From a virus, in the IMG/VR virus record IMGVR_UViG_3300021197_001931, positions 1 through 64,000 of that record: a stretch of 64,000 nucleotides of DNA; one strand, given 5' to 3'. A program made the translations under genes and the position numbers. Below, in pieces: positions 54,601-61,968 of this stretch (its first letter is position 1; each line of letters begins with the position of its first letter). The notes under the pieces are model-generated. The model did not search any database. It was not told the origin of the DNA and saw only the letters and a program-made list of their open reading frames with translations.

Positions 54601-57468
54601 TATAAAGAGAGAGTTTACCCATCTTCTATAAACGTTTTTTCCGCTAGTGTTAGAGTGAGGCAGGACTATAGCAATACTTTTTGGAGAAATGACAGAACCG
54701 GAAGAGCACGCTCAAATGTCTTCAGTTTTGGCAAAACTATATCAGACATTAGCATGTGGTCTCTAGACGCAGATACGGATTGGGCAACAAGGCAACCAAA
54801 TACTAGAGTTGGAACTAGCGGTGGCCCCGGTGTCTTGCAGAACAACTACTCACAGATACACAACGGCGATACAACTAAAATATTTGGATCGGTTCAGTAC
54901 GCAAGAAGGCACACGTTAGAAAATGTTCGATCTGTCGTTGGACCAGAGGGCTTGGATATACCCGCAACTGGAACCTATTATACGTCTCCCCTAGGATATA
55001 GGAGATCACACGATGAAGATAGGTTTGGAGGCCAAGCTCTATGGGAGGCCGCATCTCAAGCTGGAAAAACCCCATGGTATAATTCATATGATGACTATGT
55101 TCAAGAAATGAGACTAGCTGGTAAAGAATATTCAATTGTTCCAGAGTTTAGAATAAGCGACCACATAGAGTTGTACTACAAGGCAGATAATAGTAATTTC
55201 TTAGCTGATAGGCTTGATCTATTGAAAATAGAAGGAGGAGATAGCAACAAAAATAATAGTTCAAAACGCGATTTCTTTAAAACATATACAAACTCTGACT
55301 TTTTGAAATATTTTGGCGTTGTTCGCGATGACCTTAAAGATACTGGTTCTCCATCATCCATAAAACTCACATGCGGAGCTTTGTTAAAATTCCTTCCTTA
55401 TAATGGGTTTTATCCATCAGAACGAACGGTGGAAATTGCTTCAATGTTTTCTTCATCATATGGAAATTATCTAAACCTTGATCGAAAAGCTGGCATGGCA
55501 CCAGAAACGGCGTTTAGAACTTTTAACGCCCCAATGTTCGCTCCTGGTGTTATGTACAATACTATTAAGAGTGGAATAGCGGTAGACTACCCAGTGATGA
55601 CCTCTAGTTTCGATACACATGGTCTGGCATCGGCTGAGGATTCTTGTAGTTACATATCAGGAACGAACGGACTTGGGCTTTTTGGATATAGAGTTCCGTT
55701 TGAGTCCCTGGTGGAACCAGAGTCTTATTTATCTGATGTTGATCTTTTTGATATGGAAACACACCCAAGTGCAGCACTTAGTGTTACTGCTTCTTGGGCA
55801 GGTCAGGGCGGAAACTTGTATAAGATGATGGCCAGCAACTTCTTAGCAGAAAGTATAGATTTCTTCTTACCAGAGGGTAAATTAACAACTATAAGTTCAA
55901 AACCAGAGGATCAGTGGGAGTCTGCTGAAAAAGGAAGAGTGTATGCTGCGAGAGTTAAGATGCGCAAGACATATAATAAGTCTACGATAAGAACAGGATC
56001 GCAGGGATACTACAATCCACTAACTCCTGCGTCTCTATGGAGGCAGGCTGATTACCATGAGACATTCACTATGTACAGCCGTCCTAGCGCATTTGGGCCC
56101 CCCGTGGGTGGAGGAACACAAGGAACAGCTATTTACGGCTCTACCAACGGATTTAATCCTTGCTTTACTCCGCCTTACTATTATGGTGAATGTTGGGCTG
56201 ACATATTCTGGACAGCTGATAAAGCTGGAAATATTACTGCAGAGGATATCACAAATTCAAACAGTTTGGCGATCTCCTATATTAGAATTGGAAATGACTG
56301 GGCTCTGTCAAACGCCACAGGTAAGGGCACTGTGGGAGTGTCTTCAAGGAATACCTTACTTCATTCTGATAATATTGAGTCGAACTCAATGCAGTTAGAT
56401 GCGTCGTTAAATTTGCTAGCAAAAGCTGAGACTAAGAAAATAATTTATGACGCCAATACAGGGAAACCAACAATAGCGGAAGACGGTGGACAGGCAGTGT
56501 TAACTGTCCAAACAAAGTTTGAAACGCCTATGCTTAATTTTGCAGAAGTATCTGTCACCAATCCAACGCACGGAAGCGCCAGTATACCCAGGGGCATGTG
56601 GCACCAATACGCTCAGCCACCTTCATCGCCAGACATAGGGGTATTTTTGTCTATAAATGATGTACCAGATAACTATATTGAAAATGCATTAGGTGGCGTC
56701 CCCGCTTCCACTGGCTCATTAATCGATTTGCTTGGATTTAAGACAGAGGAACAAAGGCTTGGAGAGGTTTCGGAGACCAAAAAAATAAGTGAAGCTATCG
56801 TTGCGATACCATATATTGAAAAGGGTGGTGAAAGAAAGTTTTTTGAAATTTCTAGAAAAGTAGTAGACGAGGCGTTGCTAGACAACCCGACAGTTTCAAA
56901 TAGCGTAAAGCAGATGGTGGATTCTATGCAAAAATATATATTGCCACCAAAGCTTGACTTTGTAGAAAACCCTGATGCCGTCGACCCGTTTGCGATGTAC
57001 ATATTTGAATTTGAACATGTACTAGACCGGGATGATTTAGTTGATATTTGGCAAGGACTGCCACCAAAAATAGGACAGGCCTTTGATTCGGAGTCGACTC
57101 AGTTTACTTCTGGTAAAGGGCCACACACTTCTCAAATTATAAAAGAAGTTGAGATATCTCACCCATTGCTAGTTGGGGAATTATTAAATAAAGACAATAT
57201 ACCCAGCAAACTAAGATGGATGGTCTTTAAGATCAAGAAAAAAGCGCAAAAGAATTATTTTGACAAAGTCATAAAAGATCATGCAAGCAATGGGGGAAGA
57301 TTTGATAGTTCTAAATTAACCAATGTTGGTAGAATAAATTCTAGCAAAGGCTCTAGTCCAAAGTATACCTACAATTGGCCTTATGATTTCTTTTCTTTAG
57401 TAGAACTAGTTAAACTAGACGCAGAAATAGAGATATCAAACGACTTAGACAGCCAGGAAAAATCATAA
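48670..57468 (+). CDS. Giant (2932 aa) baseplate/tail protein with LamG (concanavalin A-like) domain(s) and a wedge-like segment
   Basis: TVEFWL...WAHYAIT...KLYINGEL...LDEFRYW (LamG); NNLIYINKTKGTEKAFRNLIHCYG (wedge gp7-like KGT motif). Confidence 0.78.
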   Translation: MSSSDQFNSGPKTISAKSMADLGTDAESAENIIAKKNRLKVFLPPIDYSTASNFAVYGSAEKYYTDAVKRVYLEYPYDGSEKEINEYILSSSFLDQYIFNKRYPRTNGFARFATKNSWGSLVDSSGDYGAPATSSYEYITFYGGPNTSYNTNESIASAFSSSHNQNNIFDLSKKRGSNLALNPTSGSTVEFWLNKSAFLPALTKKEVILDIWNGNGVRADSSYGRFMIEISASGHASQDATGRGGLNPFRLTYLSGTTGISNQVIGSTSLTTSSIADNTWAHYAITVVSSSDEGLNAKLYINGELDDSRDYAAIGTMNEVTGAFRANIGSLMYEPPIGTDAPNIGWGKLSADLDEFRYWKIERSAKDIGRNWFTQVRGGTNTDDANVDLGVYFKFNEGVTGEDSADSTVLDYSGRISNGSWTGYDSQSRNSGSAIVLSRAASSEFKDPIIYSSHPDVESILSELKLEGRVYDQENNSSIINSMPAWIVESDTNGDLQNLVQIVASYFDRLQNQIRELPRIKNISYLSSSYASPAFASELVNSTGMFASEMFIDSNIIEEIMSRDEDRNFDLDFDEIRNRIYQNIYNNLIYINKTKGTEKAFRNLIHCYGVDESLIRMNMYGDEVTYELKDNFRSSVVAKNLVDFTGPGKNQGTIFQMSASNNSDSVSFITGSGATGKEDFIGFTLESEILFPTTPGICETTASIGNPIVTSSLFGMHGANGYTPADTTWPENDYADIRVVAIRPGGDFNEDDAYFMVTSSFAGLPTLTTDTYKDVYNNNKWNFAIRIINDKYPLGDVVTGVSGSDTGYKLEFYGVNQTLDVTEDEFYITGDISTQDAVNVLRSDKRVFAGAHRTNFTGSILQFSDVKLSSVRYWANQISNDVIKAHARDTSNYGTFFPHRNAFLNQSTAIGTYIPEIETLALNWSFDNLTGSSPTGRLEVLDSSSGSLELQDRYGWLGKVVKAQHTAVGFGFPFDDKKVINREFIHTAKQSLPENVQSSEMVNILSRDDEVFTRDQRPVNYYFSIEKSMYQVISDEILNTFATIVEFNNLIGDPVNRYRQDYKILEKARSLYFEDVENVPSLDKFIDFYKWIDSSLSNFLYQLIPASAKSSNQIRTLIESHILERNKYWTKFPTLEKKVPGGPSGLVTAAASLGGGTSDSPYRSRDGANAVLDSAPIPYVETKHASYWKKRASRTESPLATGITGVDNDKQTILNALQSGYDRDISRPFVLNKKVDKTFHGGTNYPKIKKKDIIFNATSPDGPQATSGVPLNVMLVNDTEVQNFENIDDILDPNKKKFYSFTCRIRREDETGLQYVNNNTYTSVLKGDIAAPFRLVSGSITTGYNKLIAENFKTGTILTNLHEDTFVTNERSLQGPFTDAHVGGHQSRHIDINRFDPLKATIDKIDNQETRPEAWRILIGTEYGTDTTMLGITGPDYPYPVGPYPYTLFKKASRYRNVGAKRPVNIRNINYTTASNVVGNYSNNYEIFQTAGRSINNKYFVANEGISLPTSPLDLKAALPQTNTLSTLLGLKFGYTSLGNYFGVKLASDGALDVSNRYEILGNFDTIMRTGSATKSIFVNRFSAPGGPEVNTVSYLDIAAAEKSAYNALPFRNLSVLTSGSGEAAAIRADNLNRRIGLRTLLKEHAGSFGTGLNATIPTDEYASVPSWHKVNRNPVRRIEINGDKSPSDNSYVTGTIYDNGFISHAIPRGDHQYSWISASAAPFERIYGHAYGDSVISSSVGGFQQAILFLSQSHNTVSATSGKPIVVDFVGLNTLIVENIDVENNIASGSSGKGRLGDYINIDFKDDNLSTTFAAGEVLNALLLHRNGPYGVNTWTQIRGGDKKLTRLLRNRNIISHFNKTEYEYPLKTDNIRPKQLRGKLFNFTEAPLQKKFNSLSHNVSIKTTTSDGREITKNASFETSYGNALSYFNNAELDNLLADQTEQISVPAYDKIINLYTGDQTNNPDSPIEKFNSLTYKERVYPSSINVFSASVRVRQDYSNTFWRNDRTGRARSNVFSFGKTISDISMWSLDADTDWATRQPNTRVGTSGGPGVLQNNYSQIHNGDTTKIFGSVQYARRHTLENVRSVVGPEGLDIPATGTYYTSPLGYRRSHDEDRFGGQALWEAASQAGKTPWYNSYDDYVQEMRLAGKEYSIVPEFRISDHIELYYKADNSNFLADRLDLLKIEGGDSNKNNSSKRDFFKTYTNSDFLKYFGVVRDDLKDTGSPSSIKLTCGALLKFLPYNGFYPSERTVEIASMFSSSYGNYLNLDRKAGMAPETAFRTFNAPMFAPGVMYNTIKSGIAVDYPVMTSSFDTHGLASAEDSCSYISGTNGLGLFGYRVPFESLVEPESYLSDVDLFDMETHPSAALSVTASWAGQGGNLYKMMASNFLAESIDFFLPEGKLTTISSKPEDQWESAEKGRVYAARVKMRKTYNKSTIRTGSQGYYNPLTPASLWRQADYHETFTMYSRPSAFGPPVGGGTQGTAIYGSTNGFNPCFTPPYYYGECWADIFWTADKAGNITAEDITNSNSLAISYIRIGNDWALSNATGKGTVGVSSRNTLLHSDNIESNSMQLDASLNLLAKAETKKIIYDANTGKPTIAEDGGQAVLTVQTKFETPMLNFAEVSVTNPTHGSASIPRGMWHQYAQPPSSPDIGVFLSINDVPDNYIENALGGVPASTGSLIDLLGFKTEEQRLGEVSETKKISEAIVAIPYIEKGGERKFFEISRKVVDEALLDNPTVSNSVKQMVDSMQKYILPPKLDFVENPDAVDPFAMYIFEFEHVLDRDDLVDIWQGLPPKIGQAFDSESTQFTSGKGPHTSQIIKEVEISHPLLVGELLNKDNIPSKLRWMVFKIKKKAQKNYFDKVIKDHASNGGRFDSSKLTNVGRINSSKGSSPKYTYNWPYDFFSLVELVKLDAEIEISNDLDSQEKS

Positions 57469-57471
57469 AAA

Positions 57472-58482
57472 ATGACGTTTTTTAATAAAAAACAAGAAGT
57501 TATAGACCTTGAGTTGACGCCATTTGGAGAACAACTTCTTTCGGAGGGGTCTTTTGAGCCTGTTTATTACGCTTTTTTTGATGATGATGTTTTATACGAT
57601 GCCGGTGGAGCTGCAAATGCCGGGGAAGTACAAAATGAAATAGAGGCTAGAATACAGGATAACACTCCTAGTAGGAAAGCGCAATACATATATAAGGGCG
57701 TTGAAACAAATGTTGACACAATAGTAGCAGCTAATAGGATTGCGGCAGCTTTTTTCCCAGAGATAAGGCAACAAGAATTGGTTCTATTCCCACCGCTAAT
57801 AGATGGTGACTACTCTCTCATTGAGCCACTTGGATCTATGGAGATTGGTAGCGAGAATGCTCCATCTTGGGATATTAGAGTCTTAAAGGGAGAACTTTCG
57901 GGAGCCATTAACTATCTAACTAGTTCAGCCGACAATGGAGAAAATTCTAAAGTTCAAAGAATACCTCAACTAGATTTTGATGTGTCATACAAAGTAGCAA
58001 TTGGATGGGGTCCTGCACCTGGAGATAGAAATATAATCGGGGGCCCATATAATGATGGAACTTATCTATACTTACCAGAAGGCATCCCTGAATTAATTTT
58101 TAGTGTCGATGAAAAAAATGCTTCTAATGAGACTGAGTATGATATTGAAGTATATGAAGTAAATACTGTAGGTAAACAAAGAATTTTGACACCAAAACTA
58201 TTTCGAGAAAAGATTCCAATTGTAGTTGATGGATTGCTATTAGATAATGAAGAGAGAGCCGCTATACTTCGTGATGAAAGGCCACCAACTGAGGACATGG
58301 TAAGATACTATTTTAATATAGATACGGATCTGGATATTCCGGAAGAGCAAATATGTGAACTAATTCAGCATCTTAAGACACGAGGGGTTCAGGTTGATGA
58401 CATACCATACGACTGCCCAGAAATACTGCCTGTTGGTAGGTTTAATATTTACGAGTCTGACGCATCGGGAGAAGAATGTTAA
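57472..58482 (+). CDS. Virion structural protein (putative)
   Basis: MTFFNKKQEVIDLELTPFG...YYAFFDDDVLYD; located in the structural operon. Confidence 0.65.
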   Translation: MTFFNKKQEVIDLELTPFGEQLLSEGSFEPVYYAFFDDDVLYDAGGAANAGEVQNEIEARIQDNTPSRKAQYIYKGVETNVDTIVAANRIAAAFFPEIRQQELVLFPPLIDGDYSLIEPLGSMEIGSENAPSWDIRVLKGELSGAINYLTSSADNGENSKVQRIPQLDFDVSYKVAIGWGPAPGDRNIIGGPYNDGTYLYLPEGIPELIFSVDEKNASNETEYDIEVYEVNTVGKQRILTPKLFREKIPIVVDGLLLDNEERAAILRDERPPTEDMVRYYFNIDTDLDIPEEQICELIQHLKTRGVQVDDIPYDCPEILPVGRFNIYESDASGEEC

Positions 58483-61400
58483 ATGTTAAAAATTAATGAA
58501 CAAAGCGTAAAAAGCGGACTTGCCCCAAATGTTTATATTCGTAAAATAAAAATATCTGAGGCTCCAGGCTCTTTTACAAAAACAAATAATTTAACAGACA
58601 ATACAAGGAAACCTACTCCTGTTCTGAATAGAATTGATGGATCATTGTCCTATGGTGCTCCAAATAATCAGGAAGATGAAGAATTACAAGGTACTCCACT
58701 TAATGTGCACATTGATTTGTCAGTTGTTGCTATAGATAATAAAAATAATAAAAAACTTAATTGGATAGATGACAGCCGTGCCAGGTCCCCCATGATTATC
58801 AAGGTGGTTCAAAGTTCCAATGTAAAACTAACGCAAGACTTGCTGTCAAATGGCGGCAGAAAGTTTTTTGACCAAAACAATGGGGAGGTTTTTAATAAGT
58901 ATAATAAGTTTATTGATTATCAAATCCAAGAGATTTCTTTATCATCGCGCGCTAATGAGGAGCCCGGCATTGTAAAGCAAAAGAACGCATTATCAAAAAG
59001 TAACATCCTTAGTCTAGTTAAGAGTGTTAAATTTGACGTTCAAAAGAATCCTAAACATTTGACATATTTTGTATTGTGCCAGATAGGAGATTCTCCCAAT
59101 GCAAGCCCACTCATACCACACAGTCCGGTGATTGTTGAAAATGTCATAAGAAATTCAAACATTGTGAAAGAGGCGTTTAAATTTATTGACCCCAGCAATG
59201 GAGCTATTTGGGCATCCTCGGTTCACTACCATGAACCAACTGGCTGGATGGAGGGGTCTTTTCACACAAACAAGCCTCACAAGAAGCTGATCAAGAGACC
59301 AGAAAAAAACACAAAAATAATTTATCAGCCAATTGTTGACAAGTTTAGCAACTTAGATATTAATTTGTCTAGTAATACCATTGACACTCCAATTAATTAT
59401 TTTTCTGATCTTTATATTACAAGAGATAAAGATGGAAACGCCTTATTTGGATTTAATTTTGATCATCTAAATTTTATGATAAATAATTCCAATTTTAATA
59501 ATCTATTTAAAAATTCTGATTCAAAGGTTGTGTCAGAGCTGCTGGCGGCTTCTCCAATTATTGATTTATCAATAAATAGAGATAGAGTTCGCACACACAT
59601 GGCAAGCAATCGATTACAGACACCGGCCAAAAGAATTGTGGACTTTAATGTAGAGGAGGGGCCCGATGTAATTGCTTCATCATACGATGATTTAGGAACT
59701 CTAAAGCCGAACGTCAAGTATTATTTTGAAGGAGAAAAGTCTTACAATAACGCCAGACTAGTCTTCAGTGGAGATGAGGTCCCAGATGGCTTTAAGCCAT
59801 ATGGTGAAATACAAGAGGTCCCTATAAGCAATAATCACTTTAGAATGTTTTCGGGAAGGGACCTATCTGTATCTGAGAAAACAGACGGGATATATCAATA
59901 CTCTGTTTCCATGCAGATAAAGGATGGAACAAAACAATTTATTCAAAACAAGCTAGCCGAGCTTCATTTTTCTATAAGTAATGTCGAGGATTATCTAGGA
60001 AGGGCATCATTTTCAAAAAACTACAATTATGGCACGGACAAATTCGAACAATCTTTTATCTCATCAGAGTTTGATTCAAGTAAATATTTGATACTGCCTG
60101 CCAATTCTTTACAAGATATTTATTCCGGGATACAAAAGACGAAGGGGCCCACGACCGTTCAGGATTGGTTTTCAGCAATAGTAAAATATATAGAGATATT
60201 GGACTTAATTTTCGATGTAGGCGATAATGACAAAGTTTCTTTAACAAATGTTTTATATTCCATGGTTAGCCCAACTACGGCGACTTTAGATAGTATTCAA
60301 GAGTTTATAAATGTATTGAAACTACTTTATAGTAAAATTGAGCACGCAATAGTTGATCCCTATGGCTCCCACTCTAAAGACAGAAGTTCAATATCTGGCG
60401 GGGGATCATATCCAATCTATAAAACTTCCTACAATTTTGTAGATTTGTATGATTCAAATGTAGTTAAAAATTCTGGAGTTGATTATTTGGGAGCCCAGCC
60501 GTCGCGCGGCTTTGCATCTGTCTCTAGGCAAGAGTTTGTCTCTAGAATACAAAGAGAATACGAAAGAATAGCAAATGATACAATGTCTGAGAGTGAAATA
60601 AAAAAGAATTTTAAATTTTTAACGGACAAAAATGTTAAAGCATTGTTTGGCAGTGATACTAAGGGCTCAGATATTGCCCCTGCTTTTATTGATCTAGATG
60701 GCAAAAGAGTTAACCTTTTGTCACAAAACGTAGATTCTTTAGATTATGTATCTGCAACGGCGGTTGCTCAAAACTTGTTGTTTGATAACGCTGCAGGATC
60801 CTTGTTCGTTGGCACTTCGGACGAAGTTTTAAGTGTTTTGGATCAGGTTGGAAAGGGAAGCTCGGCTAAACGCACCAAAGCAATAAAAGATATACAAAAC
60901 AAAACAAGCAAAACCCTGGGCTTTTCAGTAAAAGACGCCAATATGAAAAACCAAATTAATGCTGGAACAGTAAGCTCGGAAAAATACTTAGGAACAAATA
61001 ATAAATTTACAAGCACAAAACCCGCAGCAGACATAATATCTGTTAAGTTAGAAAAGACAGACCAAGAGACAGCAATTTCTGTTGTCAACAGGGTCCTGGA
61101 AATTTTAAATGTTTCTCCCAATTTACAATCATTTGTTGACAAAAATGATTCAACTAATATTTCATTTGACTTGAGTAAGGAAAATAACTTTCTTTCCAAG
61201 AATATAATACCATCCAAACAAAGTGACGATTTAAAAAAATCTGCAGAGCAAATTAATGATTTCATTAAAAATGAAATACCACATCAACAGAAGCTATTAA
61301 CATTAAAAAAAGATAGGCTATATAATGACTCAGCCGCAAAGGCATCAAGCGATGACGATGTAAAGTCAGACGGATTTATATACAATTTTGGAATGTTAAG

Positions 61401-61968
61401 AAGAGTAGAATATTTGAGTGGCTTTAAAAATAACTCAATTAAAGATGAAATTTGGAAAAAGCTGACATTTCAAAATATAGCCTCTACCGCAGGCACCTTA
61501 TTGTGTAGAATAAAAAAATATGATGAGCCTCTTTTAAATATAGGAAGTTACGAGCTTGTTAACAGCCTCCCAGTTTATAATGAGTATTTTACAATTACTT
61601 TAAATGGAGATAGCGCTGGTATGAATAGTAGACAGGCCGCAACTCAAACTGGCCTAAGTTATACCGATAACACACAGTTGTTATATAATGGAACACAGAG
61701 GGGGGTCATTGACGAATTATTGCGACTAACGTCTCTGGAATTTAACACAAACGGGGAGGTACAATATCTTATGACACAAATCCCCAGGGCTCCCACTAGT
61801 GCGTTTAGGAGAACAACAGGTATTGGAAAAGCTAAGAATATAACAAATCAATCTTCTCAAGTTGAACAAAGAGCAGACGCACCTAGATCGGGGGCTAGTG
61901 GTGCACCTGTTTCAAGATCCTCAACAAGGGGACGTAGAATAACCAGATCTTCAGGAGGGTCTTATTAA
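58483..61968 (+). CDS. Large hypothetical virion protein (1161 aa)
   Basis: Uninterrupted ORF coupled to both neighbours; Arg/Ser/Gly-rich tail. Confidence 0.7.
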   Translation: MLKINEQSVKSGLAPNVYIRKIKISEAPGSFTKTNNLTDNTRKPTPVLNRIDGSLSYGAPNNQEDEELQGTPLNVHIDLSVVAIDNKNNKKLNWIDDSRARSPMIIKVVQSSNVKLTQDLLSNGGRKFFDQNNGEVFNKYNKFIDYQIQEISLSSRANEEPGIVKQKNALSKSNILSLVKSVKFDVQKNPKHLTYFVLCQIGDSPNASPLIPHSPVIVENVIRNSNIVKEAFKFIDPSNGAIWASSVHYHEPTGWMEGSFHTNKPHKKLIKRPEKNTKIIYQPIVDKFSNLDINLSSNTIDTPINYFSDLYITRDKDGNALFGFNFDHLNFMINNSNFNNLFKNSDSKVVSELLAASPIIDLSINRDRVRTHMASNRLQTPAKRIVDFNVEEGPDVIASSYDDLGTLKPNVKYYFEGEKSYNNARLVFSGDEVPDGFKPYGEIQEVPISNNHFRMFSGRDLSVSEKTDGIYQYSVSMQIKDGTKQFIQNKLAELHFSISNVEDYLGRASFSKNYNYGTDKFEQSFISSEFDSSKYLILPANSLQDIYSGIQKTKGPTTVQDWFSAIVKYIEILDLIFDVGDNDKVSLTNVLYSMVSPTTATLDSIQEFINVLKLLYSKIEHAIVDPYGSHSKDRSSISGGGSYPIYKTSYNFVDLYDSNVVKNSGVDYLGAQPSRGFASVSRQEFVSRIQREYERIANDTMSESEIKKNFKFLTDKNVKALFGSDTKGSDIAPAFIDLDGKRVNLLSQNVDSLDYVSATAVAQNLLFDNAAGSLFVGTSDEVLSVLDQVGKGSSAKRTKAIKDIQNKTSKTLGFSVKDANMKNQINAGTVSSEKYLGTNNKFTSTKPAADIISVKLEKTDQETAISVVNRVLEILNVSPNLQSFVDKNDSTNISFDLSKENNFLSKNIIPSKQSDDLKKSAEQINDFIKNEIPHQQKLLTLKKDRLYNDSAAKASSDDDVKSDGFIYNFGMLRRVEYLSGFKNNSIKDEIWKKLTFQNIASTAGTLLCRIKKYDEPLLNIGSYELVNSLPVYNEYFTITLNGDSAGMNSRQAATQTGLSYTDNTQLLYNGTQRGVIDELLRLTSLEFNTNGEVQYLMTQIPRAPTSAFRRTTGIGKAKNITNQSSQVEQRADAPRSGASGAPVSRSSTRGRRITRSSGGSY

